The notes below the pieces were generated by a model, which was given only the letters and a program-made list of their open reading frames with translations, was not told where the DNA came from and ran no database searches. The translations under genes and the position numbers were made by a program. A stretch of DNA of 64,000 nt from Eledone cirrhosa (Eukaryota), in assembly GCA_964016885.1 (NCBI GenBank), contig CAXHJY010001404.1:1-64000 (forward strand). Direction: 5' to 3'. This document shows, piece after piece, positions 1 through 13,109 of the stretch (positions are counted from its first letter, which is position 1; each line of letters begins with the position of its first letter).

Positions 1-93
1 TATATATGTATATATATATGTATATATATATGTATATATATATGGAGGCACATGGCTTAGTGGTTAGAGTATATATATATGTATATATATAAT

Positions 94-433
94 GGAGGCA
101 CATGGCTTAGTGGTTAGAGCATTGGCCTTGCAATCGAAAGGTTGTGAGTTCAATTCTCAGACCGGGTGATGTGTTGTTTCCTTGAGCAAGGCACTTTATT
201 TCACATTGCTCCAGTTTACTCAGCTGTAGAAATGAGATGATAGGGACTGGGGTCACTATCATTCCACTGCAAAGTGGTCGTGGAGGTGCCACGGCAAAAA
301 AAAGCACCCAGCACTCACTGTAAATGAGGTTGGTGTTAGGAAGGGCATCCAGCTGTAGAAATCAAGCCAGAATCAGTTCCCGTCCCACCCTTGCAAGCAG
401 GGAAAAGTGGACGTAAAATGAAATGATGATGAT
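94..433 (+). mobile_element. tRNA-derived SINE (chimeric: tRNA-like head, central domain, RTE-type 3' tail)
   Basis: Head GGAGGCACATGGCTTAGTGGTTAGAG (A-box like) and GAGTTCAATTCTC (B-box like); central CCTTGAGCAAGGCACTT...TTGCTCCAG; 3' end CGTCCCACCCTTGCAAGCAGGGAAAAG-GGACGTAAAATG-(ATG)n matches the RTE end at 52230-52288. Second copy at 28105-28490. Confidence 0.85.
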
Positions 434-484
434 ATATGTATGTATATATATGTATATATATATGTATATATATATGTATATATA

Positions 485-1768
485 TCATCATCATCATCAA
501 CGTTTAACGTCCGTGTTCCACGCTTGCATGGGTTTGGACGGGGGTAGTCCCACTTGAGGCAAGAGTGATTGTCTTGCTCGCATAGGACTGTCTGGCAGGT
601 TTTCTACAGTTGGATGCCCTTCCTAACACCAACCACATTTACAGTGTGGGTCTGGGAGGTTTTTACCGTGTTGCCTACACGGCCACATTACAGCGTGGAC
701 TGTGTGTTTTTTTGTCGTGACACCTACACGATCTCATTTGTTTCGGCCTGGATGGCGCGGCACCAACATAACTTTACATAGAACGGGGTGGTGTGGATGG
801 GGTGGGGGTGGTGGTGGTGGGAAGGGGTGTATTTTGTTAGAGATGCCTACTGGCTGGAGTAGGTTTTACTATATATTTAGGTAAGGCGGGTCTTCTCTGT
901 TACTGAGTACCGCCAAAGGTCTCGGTCCAGTGACATTGTCTTGGAGAGGTGTAATTGTGTGATGTCGGAGTTTATCAGCTCGTCCCAGGTTTTTCTAGAT
1001 CTGCCTATTCCGTGACTACCGTCTATCTTTATTGCCCTGCACTTTGTTACACAGCTATCGACTTTCATGCGCATCACGTGTCCATACCAACGTAGCCTTC
1101 TCTCGAGTAAACAACATCTGATCCCTCTTATCTCTAATTTTTTCCTTAGTTCGTTTATGCTTTGCCGTTCACGTATATTACTGTTACACATCCAGCGGAG
1201 CATGCAAGCTTCGTTCCTCTCTAGTCTGCGTATATCCTCTGCACACAATGCCCAGGTCTCACTGCCATGCAGCATTGCTGTTCGTATGCAGGCATCGTAC
1301 AACCTGCCTTTCATTTTTAGTGAGAACCCTTTAGCAGCTAATAGTGGTATAAGCTCTCTGAACTTTTTCCAACCAGTTCTGACTCTAGCTACAGTACTTT
1401 CAGAGCACCCTCCCCCACTGCTGATTTTATCGCCCAGGTAACGGAAGCTGTCCACTATTTCTATAGAACCCTCTGCGCAATTGAAAGAGCTAGTAGTTTG
1501 TGGGCACTTGCTGCTACTTATTGCACCAGAGCACCGGCCACATGTAAAATCTATGTTCTTAGTTAGCTTACCTGTGATCCCACTACATCTTTTATGCACC
1601 CATACTTTGCATTTAGGACATAAAATGGAGTTTCTACCTACGCCTTTCCTACACACCGAGCACGACCATTTCCCAGAAGGGACCGCCGCCTTGTTTTCTT
1701 TCCTACAAACTAGTACTTTGGTCTTAGCCAGGTTAATTTTAAGTAATATTAGCCAGGTTAATTTTAAG
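485..1768 (-). mobile_element. RTE-clade LINE family A, 5'-truncated copy 1
   Basis: ORF 877..1656(-) is nearly identical to the C-terminus of ORF 7968..10976; 3' UTR and (GAT)n tail at 485-500; flanked by TA arrays. Confidence 0.95.
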
Positions 1769-1828
1769 TATATATATGTATATATATATGTATATATATA
1801 TGTATGTATATATATGTATATATATATG

Positions 1829-1860
<32 letters not shown>

Positions 1861-1960
1861 TATATATGTATATATATATGTATATATATATGTATGTATA
1901 TATATGTGTATGTATATATATGTATATATATATATATATGTATATATTTATGTATGTATA

Positions 1961-2019
<59 letters not shown>

Positions 2020-2034
2020 GTATGTATGTATATG

Positions 2035-2067
<33 letters not shown>

Positions 2068-2072
2068 GTATA

Positions 2073-2117
<45 letters not shown>

Positions 2118-2144
2118 GTATATATATGTATATGTATATATATG

Positions 2145-2177
<33 letters not shown>

Positions 2178-2214
2178 GTATATATATGTATATATATATA
2201 TATGTATATATATG

Positions 2215-2297
<83 letters not shown>

Positions 2298-2394
2298 ATG
2301 TATGTATGTATATGTATGTATGTATATGTATGTATATGTATGTATATATATGTATGTATATGTATGTATGTATATATATGTATGTATATGTATG

Positions 2395-2425
<31 letters not shown>

Positions 2426-3164
2426 GTATATATATATGTATATGTATATGTATATGTATATATATATGTATATGTATATGTATATATATATATATATGTA
2501 TATGTATATGTATATATATATGTATATGTATATATGTATATATATGTATATGTATATATGTATATATATGTGTATATGTATATGTATATATATGTGTATA
2601 TGTATATGTATATGTATATATATGTGTATATATATATGTATATATATATATGTGTATATATATATGTATATATATGTATATATATATATATGTATGTATA
2701 TGTATATATATGTATATATATATGTATCTATATATGTATATATATATGTATATATATATGTATATGTATATGTATATATATATGTATATATGTATATATA
2801 TAAGTATATGTATATATATATGTATATGTATATATATATGTATATGTATATATGTATATATATATGTATATATATATATGTATATGTATATGTATATATA
2901 TATGTATATATATATGTATATATATATGTATATATATATGTATATGTATATATGTATATGTATATATATATGTATATGTATATATATATATATGTATATG
3001 TATATATATATATATGTATATATATATGTATATATATATGTATATGTGTATATATATATGTATATATATATGTATATATATATGTGTATATATATATGTG
3101 TATATATATATGTATATATATATGTATATATATATGTATATATATATATGCATATGTACATATA

Positions 3165-3255
<91 letters not shown>

Positions 3256-3372
3256 ATATATATGTATATATATATATGTATATATATATGTATATATATA
3301 TGTATGTATATATATGTGTATATATATGTATATATATATGTATATATATATATATGTATATATATATGTATA
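1769..3372. repeat. Degenerate (TA)n/(TATG)n microsatellite array
   Basis: Read directly; interruptions are almost only G on the + strand. Confidence 0.98.
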
Positions 3373-3995
3373 AGATAAGAGGGATCAGGTGTTGTTTACT
3401 AGAGAGAAGGCTACGTTGGTATGGTCACGTGATGCGCATGAAGGATGATAGCTGTATAACAAAGTGCAGGGCAATAAAGATAGACAGTAGCCACGGAATA
3501 GGCAGACCCAGAAAAACCTGGGACGAGCTGATAAACTCCGACCTCACACACTTACACCTCACCAAGACAATGTCACTGGACCGAGACCTTTGGCGGTACT
3601 CAGTAATAGAGAAGACCCGCCTTGCCAGTAGGCATCTCTAACAAAATACACCCCGTCCCACCACCACCACCCCCACCCCATTCACACCATCCCGTTCTAT
3701 GTAAAGTTATGTTGGTGCCGCGCCATCCAGGCCGAAACAAATGAGATCGTGTAGGTGTCACGACAAAAAAACACACAGTCCACGCTGTAATGTGGCCGTG
3801 TAGGCAACACGGTAAAAACTTCCCAGACCCACACTGTAAATGTGGTTGGTGTTAGGAAGGGCATCCAACTGTAGAAAACCTGCCAGACAGTCCTATGCGA
3901 GCAAGAAAATCACTCTTGCCTCAAGTGGGACTACCCCCGTCCAAACCCATGCAAGCGTGGAACACGGACGTTAAACGTTGATGATGATGATGATG
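3373..3995 (+). mobile_element. RTE family A, 5'-truncated copy 2
   Basis: Encodes [22 protein letters not shown]...[10 protein letters not shown], then the family 3' UTR and (GAT)n tail. Confidence 0.95.
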
Positions 3996-4006
3996 TGTAT
4001 ATATAT

Positions 4007-4052
<46 letters not shown>

Positions 4053-4059
4053 GTATATG

Positions 4060-4091
<32 letters not shown>

Positions 4092-4151
4092 TGTATATAT
4101 ATGTATATATATATATGTATATGTATGTATATATATATATGTATATGTATG

Positions 4152-4184
<33 letters not shown>

Positions 4185-4222
4185 GTATATGTATGTATAT
4201 ATATATGTATATGTATGTATAT

Positions 4223-4254
<32 letters not shown>

Positions 4255-4288
4255 CTATATCTATATGTATATATATTATATATATATG

Positions 4289-4340
<52 letters not shown>

Positions 4341-4378
4341 AATATGTATATATATATATATATGTGTATATATATATG

Positions 4379-4417
<39 letters not shown>

Positions 4418-4784
4418 GTATATGTATATATATTTATATATATATGTATATATATATGTATATATATATATGTATATATATATGTATATGTATATATATA
4501 TGTATATGTATATATATATGTATATGTATATATATGTATATGTATATGTATATATGTATATGTATATATATATATGTATATGTATATGTATATATATATA
4601 TGTATATGTATATATATATATGTATATATATATATGTATATGTATATATATATATGTATATGTATATATATATATGTATATATATATATGTATATGTATA
4701 TATATATATGTATATGTATATGTATATATATGTATATGTTTATATATATATCGTATATGTTTATATATATATGTATATGTATAT

Positions 4785-4819
<35 letters not shown>

Positions 4820-4825
4820 ATGTTG

Positions 4826-4857
<32 letters not shown>

Positions 4858-4915
4858 TATGTGTATATATATATATATATATGTGTATATATATATATAT
4901 ATGTATATATATTAG

Positions 4916-4946
<31 letters not shown>

Positions 4947-5005
4947 TTATGTATGTATATGTATATATATATATATTTATATATGTATGTATATGTATGT
5001 ATATG

Positions 5006-5039
<34 letters not shown>

Positions 5040-5118
5040 TATATATCTATGTATATGTATATATATGTATATATATATGTATGTATATATGTATATATAT
5101 ATGTATATATTTATATAT
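3996..5118. repeat. Degenerate (TA)n/(TATG)n array
   Basis: Read directly. Confidence 0.98.
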
Positions 5119-5288
5119 ACAGTCCCACACTGTAAATGTGGTTGGTGTTAGGAAGGGCATCCAGCTATAGAAAACCCGCCAGACAGTCCTATGCGAGCAA
5201 GACAATCACTCTTGCCTCAAGTGGGAAAACTCCCGTCCAAACCCATGCAAGTGTGGAACATGGACGTTAAACGATGATGATGATGATG
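5119..5288 (+). mobile_element. RTE family A, 3'-UTR-only copy 3 (~170 bp)
   Basis: Matches 11190-11354 (CCACACTGTAAATGTGGTTGGTGTTAGGAAGGGCATCC...GGACGTTAAACGATGATG). Confidence 0.92.
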
Positions 5289-5325
<37 letters not shown>

Positions 5326-5429
5326 GTATATATAATATATGTATATGTATATATATATATATATGTATAAAATATTAAAAGAATAATGAATAAAACAATG
5401 AAACAGTTCCTTATATTAAACAAAAAAAG

Positions 5430-5584
5430 TTCATTATTTAACGATCGTTTCTAGGATATATATGTGTTAGAATTGGCATGCATATTCAACAGATCTATGT
5501 ACAAAATTATACAAAATTATACAAACTATCAAGATTAAATATACATACCAAACACACATATATGCCGTCTTCAGAAATAATGAA
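5430..5584 (-). ncRNA. Type I hammerhead ribozyme motif (Penelope/retrozyme-like) with extended stem II
   Basis: Minus strand: TTCATTATTT-CTGAAGA-[stem II about 115 nt, ATATATGTGT/ACACATATAT]-GAAA-CGATCG-TT-AAATAATGAA; perfect 10-bp stem I, canonical core, palindromic stem III. Confidence 0.7.
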
Positions 5585-6026
5585 ATATATTTATTGATAA
5601 TAACAACAATTCAAAATTTCAGGTCCGTTTGGGAACGGAGTTCAAATTGACCAATAAAAATACAAAACATTTTATGCAGTTTGGTGTGTGTATATACATG
5701 TAATCAACATCGTACACATATTTATATAAAGATATATGCTCACATGCATACGCATGCCAAAAAGATGTATGCAAATACAAAAATTCAAGGCTATAAGTTT
5801 ATAATCCACAGATAAAATGCGCATAGACACATAAATATTAAATAAATGTATACACACATTCACATACTCACACATATTCGTACACTCACACACACACGCG
5901 CGTATATGCATAAACATACATATAATTACGAATATACATACACACACACACCCCCACACACATATATATGTGCATATAGTACTATCATAAGCATATGGAC
6001 ACTAATGTACGCACATAAACACTGCC

Positions 6027-7541
<1,515 letters not shown>

Positions 7542-10500
7542 TCTTACAATCCCCCAGAATAAAAAATTGTATTCAAAATTGGCTTTCTATAATTCTGTTC
7601 TTTCTCACCGTTGTTCTAAAAATAATTCTGCTCCTCGCAAACTACCCCATACCCTCCCTCCCGCCCCCACTCTCCACCTTATTATTTGGACCAATCACAA
7701 GTAAAGGACCTATGCTAGCTCTTCTGGTTGCTTTTTCGATATGATGGATGAACTAGGGAATTTCTGGAGAGTCAGAAGAATCTGGACACCCAAAGACAAT
7801 GCAAAAGATAACGACAAATTCACCTCATGCTGCCGGACGAAAGGGCAAAGCCCCACCCTCTTTGTTGCGGCCGTGGATGGCCAACATAACCCCAACCCCA
7901 TCAACCACACCCCTCCCTGCACCCCACCCACCAAACACAATCCAAAACTTCAGAGTTGGTACCATGAATGACCTTAAAAGGCCGCTCAAACGAGGTTGTA
8001 GAAATGCTTGAACGTAAGGAGGTTGATGTCTGCTGCATCCAAGAGACCAGGTGGAGGGGCGGGTCTGCTAGATTCATTGTGGGTAAAAAACGATGCTATA
8101 AGCTTTTCTGGGTGCGAAATGACAATGGGCTGGGTGGGGTAGGAATCATGTTAGCAGAAAAGGGGGCAGATAAGATAATAGACGTAAATAGAGTGAACGA
8201 CAGAATAATTAAAATAAGTCTTGTCCTCAATAAAACTACGGTGACAGTAATATCTGCGTACGCACCCCAATCCGGACTGCCCGGCGCTATAAAAGACAGA
8301 TTCTACGAGACACTGATGCTCGCTACCTCCCAAATAACCGACAGTGACTATATAGTTATTGCAGGCGACCTAAATGGTCACGTTGGACAACATTGTGACG
8401 GCTATGACGGAATCCATGGAGGCTACGGGTTCGGTACTAGAAATGAGGAAGGCTCCAGAATCCTGGAATTCTGCGACGCAAATAACTTAACTATCTGTAA
8501 CACTAACTTCAAAAAACGAGACAATCACTTGATCACCTATAGATCGGGGGAACGCACAAGCCAGGTAGATTATATCCTTACCAGAAGACGTGACAGAGTG
8601 TCTGTTGTTAACACTAAATCCCTCCCCCATGAAGAATTCACCTCCCAACATAGACTGATAATTAGCGACCTCATAGTCAGGACGAGACGTACTAGACAGC
8701 GGAAGAGGACTATCCTCAGGAGAAAAATATGGAAGCTAAAGGACCCCATAGCCAGAAATAAATTTCAAAGCATATTACTTGACGCTTTCGACAGTAAGGA
8801 AGAGCAATTAGAGTCGTATAATATAGAGGAACAGTGGGAATTCCTGAGAGCAAACCTGCTGACAGCGGCAGACGAAGTCTGTAGCTGGAGCAGGCCTGTA
8901 GGTAGGAGGAGAGTAACATGGTGGTGGAACAGTAAGGTGGAGGAGTCAATTAAGGCCAAAAAGCAGACTTGGAAAGTATGGCGGGATGGGGGAAGTAGAG
9001 AAGACTATCAAGTGGCCAGGAGGGAAGCTAGGAGACAAGTGTACTTCGCAAGAAGGGAAGCAGAGGAAAGAAAGTTCAAGCATGTTCTACAACGTGAGGA
9101 CCAAAAACGTGAGGTGTTCAGGATTGCCAGGCAATGTGTCAAGGAAAACCGTGATATTGTCGGGGAGAAGTGTGTACTTAACGATGATGGCATACTTGCC
9201 ATCACCGACGCTGATAAGAAGGTAGCTTGGAAGTGTCACTACGAAAGGCTTCTAAATGAGAACAAATGGGAGAAAGACAGTCTCCCCCACATCGACCCAA
9301 TAGAGGGACCAGCAGTGTTAGTCCAGGGTAGTACAATAAGCAAGGCAATCAAAGATATGAAGACGGGTAAGGCGGCTGGTCCTTCGGAAATAGTTGCTAA
9401 GATGCTGAAGGCATCTGGTTCGGTGGGACACACCATGGTCACCCGGATAGTTAACCAAGTCGTACAGAATGGGGTTGTTCCGAAGGACTGGCGTAGCAGC
9501 ATCATCGTTAACTGCTATAAGGGAAAAGGAGATGCCCTAGATAGGAGTAACTATAGAGGCATTAAATTAATCGACCAGGTCATGAAGGTCACGGAAAAAG
9601 TAATAGCGCAACTAATCAGAGAGAGAATTGATCTAGATGAAATGCAGTTCCGGTTTGTGTCAGGCAAAAGTACCACAGACGCTCTTTTCATTGTACGACA
9701 ACTACAGGAGAAGTACCTAGCTAAAAGTAAACCCCTATACTTAGCTTTCATCGACTTGGAGAAAGCCTTCGACAGAGTCCCCCGTTCCATTATCTGGTGG
9801 TCTCTTAGAAAACTAGGTGTTGACGAATGGCTTGTGAGGGCTATACAAACCATGTATAAAGAAACAGTCAGTAAGGTTAGAATTAACAACGAATATAGTG
9901 AAGAGTTTAGTGTAAAAGTTGGTCTCCATCAGGGCTCTGTTCTTAGCCCCCTACTATTTATTATTGCCCTTCAGGCTATAACAGAGGAGTTCAAGACCGG
10001 CTGCCCATGGGAACTCCTATACGCAGATGATCTAACGCTCATAGCTGAATCAATGACCGAACTAGAGAAGAAATTCCAAACATGGAAGCACGGCCTAGAA
10101 TCAAAAGGCCTTAAAATTAACCTGGCTAAGACTAAAGTTCTAGTTTGTAGGAAAGAAAATAAGGCGGCGGTCCCATCTGGGAAATGGCCATGCTCAGTGT
10201 GTAGGAAAGGCGTAGGTAGAAACTCCATTTTATGTCCCAAATGCAAAGTATGGGTGCATAAAAGATGTAGTGGGATCACAGGTAAGCTAACTAAGAACAT
10301 AGATTTTACATGTGGCCGGTGCTCTGGTGCAATAAGTAGGAGCAAGTGCCCAAAAAATACTAGCTCCTTCAATTGCGCAGAGGGTTCTATAGAAATAGTG
10401 GACAGCTTCCGTTACCTGGGTGACAAAATCAGCAGTGGGGGAGGGTGCTCTGAAAGTACAGTAGCTAGAGTCAGAACTGGATGGAAAAAGTTCAGAGAGC

Positions 10501-11354
10501 TTATACCACTATTAGCCGCTAGAGGGTTCTCCCTAAAAATGAAAGGCAGGTTATACGATGCCTGCATACGAACAGCAATGCTGCATGGCAGTGAGACCTG
10601 GGCATTGTGTGCAGAGGATATACGCAGACTAGAGAGGAACGAAGCTTGCATGCTCCGCTGGATGTGCAATAGTAATATACGTGAACGGCAAAGCATAAAC
10701 GAACTAAGGAAAAAATTAGAAATAAGAGGGATCAGATGTTGTTTACTCGAGAGAAGGCTACGTTGGTACGGTCACGTGATGCGCATGAAAGACGACAGCT
10801 GTATAACAAAGTACAGGGCAATAAAGATAGACGGTAGCCACGGAGTAGGCAGACCCAGAAAACCATGGGACGAGCTGATAAATTCCGACCTCACACGCTT
10901 ACACCTCTCCAAGACAATGTCACTGGACCGAGACCTTTGGCGGTACTCAGTAATAGAGAAGACCCGCCTTACCTAAATACAAAGTAAAAACCTACTACAG
11001 TCAGTAGGCATCTCTATCAAAACACCCCCCCGTCCCACCCCATCCACACCGCCCCTTTCAATGTAAAGTTATGTTGGTCCCACAACATCCAGGCCGAAAC
11101 AAATGAGATCGTGTAGGTGTCACGACAAAAAAAACACACAGTCCACGCTGTAATGTGGCCGTGTAGGCAACACAGTAAAAACCCCCCAGCCCCACACTGT
11201 AAATGTGGTTGGTGTTAGGAAGGGCATCCAACTGTAGAAAAACCCGCCATACAGTCCTATGCGAGCAAGACAACCACTCTTGCCTCAGGTGGGAAAACCC
11301 CCGTCCAAACCCATGCAAGCGTGGAACACGGACGCTAAACCTGATGATGATGAT
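7542..11354 (+). mobile_element. RTE family A, near full-length copy 4 (~3.8 kb)
   Basis: About 400 bp 5' region, APE+RT ORF, ~370 bp 3' UTR and (GAT)n tail; TA arrays on both sides. The true 5' end is uncertain. Confidence 0.95.
7968..10976 (+). CDS. RTE LINE polyprotein: AP-endonuclease + reverse transcriptase with inserted PHD finger (N-terminus frameshifted)
   Basis: APE motifs CCIQETRW, SAYAPQ, GDLNGHVG, QVDYIL, SQHRL; RT motifs YRGIKL, FIDLEKAFD, HQGSVLSP, YADD, FRYLG; RTE C-terminus LHGSETW...[11 protein letters not shown]...GRP..W. Confidence 0.93.
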   Translation: MTLKGRSNEVVEMLERKEVDVCCIQETRWRGGSARFIVGKKRCYKLFWVRNDNGLGGVGIMLAEKGADKIIDVNRVNDRIIKISLVLNKTTVTVISAYAPQSGLPGAIKDRFYETLMLATSQITDSDYIVIAGDLNGHVGQHCDGYDGIHGGYGFGTRNEEGSRILEFCDANNLTICNTNFKKRDNHLITYRSGERTSQVDYILTRRRDRVSVVNTKSLPHEEFTSQHRLIISDLIVRTRRTRQRKRTILRRKIWKLKDPIARNKFQSILLDAFDSKEEQLESYNIEEQWEFLRANLLTAADEVCSWSRPVGRRRVTWWWNSKVEESIKAKKQTWKVWRDGGSREDYQVARREARRQVYFARREAEERKFKHVLQREDQKREVFRIARQCVKENRDIVGEKCVLNDDGILAITDADKKVAWKCHYERLLNENKWEKDSLPHIDPIEGPAVLVQGSTISKAIKDMKTGKAAGPSEIVAKMLKASGSVGHTMVTRIVNQVVQNGVVPKDWRSSIIVNCYKGKGDALDRSNYRGIKLIDQVMKVTEKVIAQLIRERIDLDEMQFRFVSGKSTTDALFIVRQLQEKYLAKSKPLYLAFIDLEKAFDRVPRSIIWWSLRKLGVDEWLVRAIQTMYKETVSKVRINNEYSEEFSVKVGLHQGSVLSPLLFIIALQAITEEFKTGCPWELLYADDLTLIAESMTELEKKFQTWKHGLESKGLKINLAKTKVLVCRKENKAAVPSGKWPCSVCRKGVGRNSILCPKCKVWVHKRCSGITGKLTKNIDFTCGRCSGAISRSKCPKNTSSFNCAEGSIEIVDSFRYLGDKISSGGGCSESTVARVRTGWKKFRELIPLLAARGFSLKMKGRLYDACIRTAMLHGSETWALCAEDIRRLERNEACMLRWMCNSNIRERQSINELRKKLEIRGIRCCLLERRLRWYGHVMRMKDDSCITKYRAIKIDGSHGVGRPRKPWDELINSDLTRLHLSKTMSLDRDLWRYSVIEKTRLT

Positions 11355-11371
11355 ATATGTGTATATATATG

Positions 11372-11411
<40 letters not shown>

Positions 11412-11609
11412 TGTATATATATAGTATATATATAGTATATATATATATGTATATATATATGTATATATATATGTATATATATATGTATATATATATGTAT
11501 ATATATATGTGTATATATATATGTATATATATATGTGTATATATATATGTGTATATATATGTGTATATATATATGTATATATATATATATGTACATATAT
11601 ATGTATATA

Positions 11610-11654
<45 letters not shown>

Positions 11655-11713
11655 GTATATATATATGTATATATATATATGTATATATATATGTATATAT
11701 ATATATGTATATA

Positions 11714-11758
<45 letters not shown>

Positions 11759-11784
11759 GTATATATATATGTATATATATATAT

Positions 11785-11817
<33 letters not shown>

Positions 11818-12362
11818 GTATATATATATATGTATATATATATGTATATATATATATATATGTATATGGGTATATGTATATGGGTATATGTATATATATG
11901 TATATATCTATATATATATATATGTATATGGGTATATGTATATATATGTATATATCTATATATATATATATGTATATGGGTATATGTATATATATATGTA
12001 TATGTATATATATATGTATATGTATATATGTATAATATATGTATATACATATGTATATACATATGTATATTATATGTATATATGTATATATGTATGTATA
12101 TATATATGTATATGTATATATATATATTTATATGTATATATATATATATATGTATATGTATATATATATATATGTATATATATATTTATGTATATGTATA
12201 TATATGTATATATATGTATGTATATGTATATGTATATATGTATATATATGTATGTATATGTATATGTATATATATGTATATATATGTATGTATATGTATA
12301 TATATGTATGTATATGTATATGTATATATATGTATGTATATGTATATGTATATATATGTATC

Positions 12363-12445
<83 letters not shown>

Positions 12446-12734
12446 GTATATATGTATATGTATATATGTATATGTATATATATGTATATATATATGTATA
12501 TATATATGCATATATATATGTATGTATATATGTATGTATATATATATGTATATATATATATGTATATATATATGTATATATATGTATGTATATATATATA
12601 TGTATATATATATGTATATATATGTATGTATGTATATATATATGTATATATATATATATGTATGTATATATATATGTATATATATATATATGTATGTATA
12701 TATATATGTATATATATATATATGTATGTATATA

Positions 12735-12765
<31 letters not shown>

Positions 12766-12770
12766 TTATG

Positions 12771-12829
<59 letters not shown>

Positions 12830-12834
12830 GTGTG

Positions 12835-12885
<51 letters not shown>

Positions 12886-12902
12886 GTATATATATTTATA
12901 TA

Positions 12903-12993
<91 letters not shown>

Positions 12994-13028
12994 TTATATA
13001 TATATGTATATATATTTATATATATATG

Positions 13029-13059
<31 letters not shown>

Positions 13060-13060
13060 G

Positions 13061-13109
<49 letters not shown>

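Noticed and set aside
94-165. tRNA gene
   Set aside because: No complete cloverleaf; continues into a SINE body and tail.
785-827. G-rich tract (possible G-quadruplex) in the RTE 3' UTR
   Set aside because: Antisense to the element and variable in length between copies; no support beyond composition.
1067-1441. Recurrent antisense ORFs over the RTE copies
   Set aside because: Shadow frames of the RT ORF; they recur only because the element is repeated.
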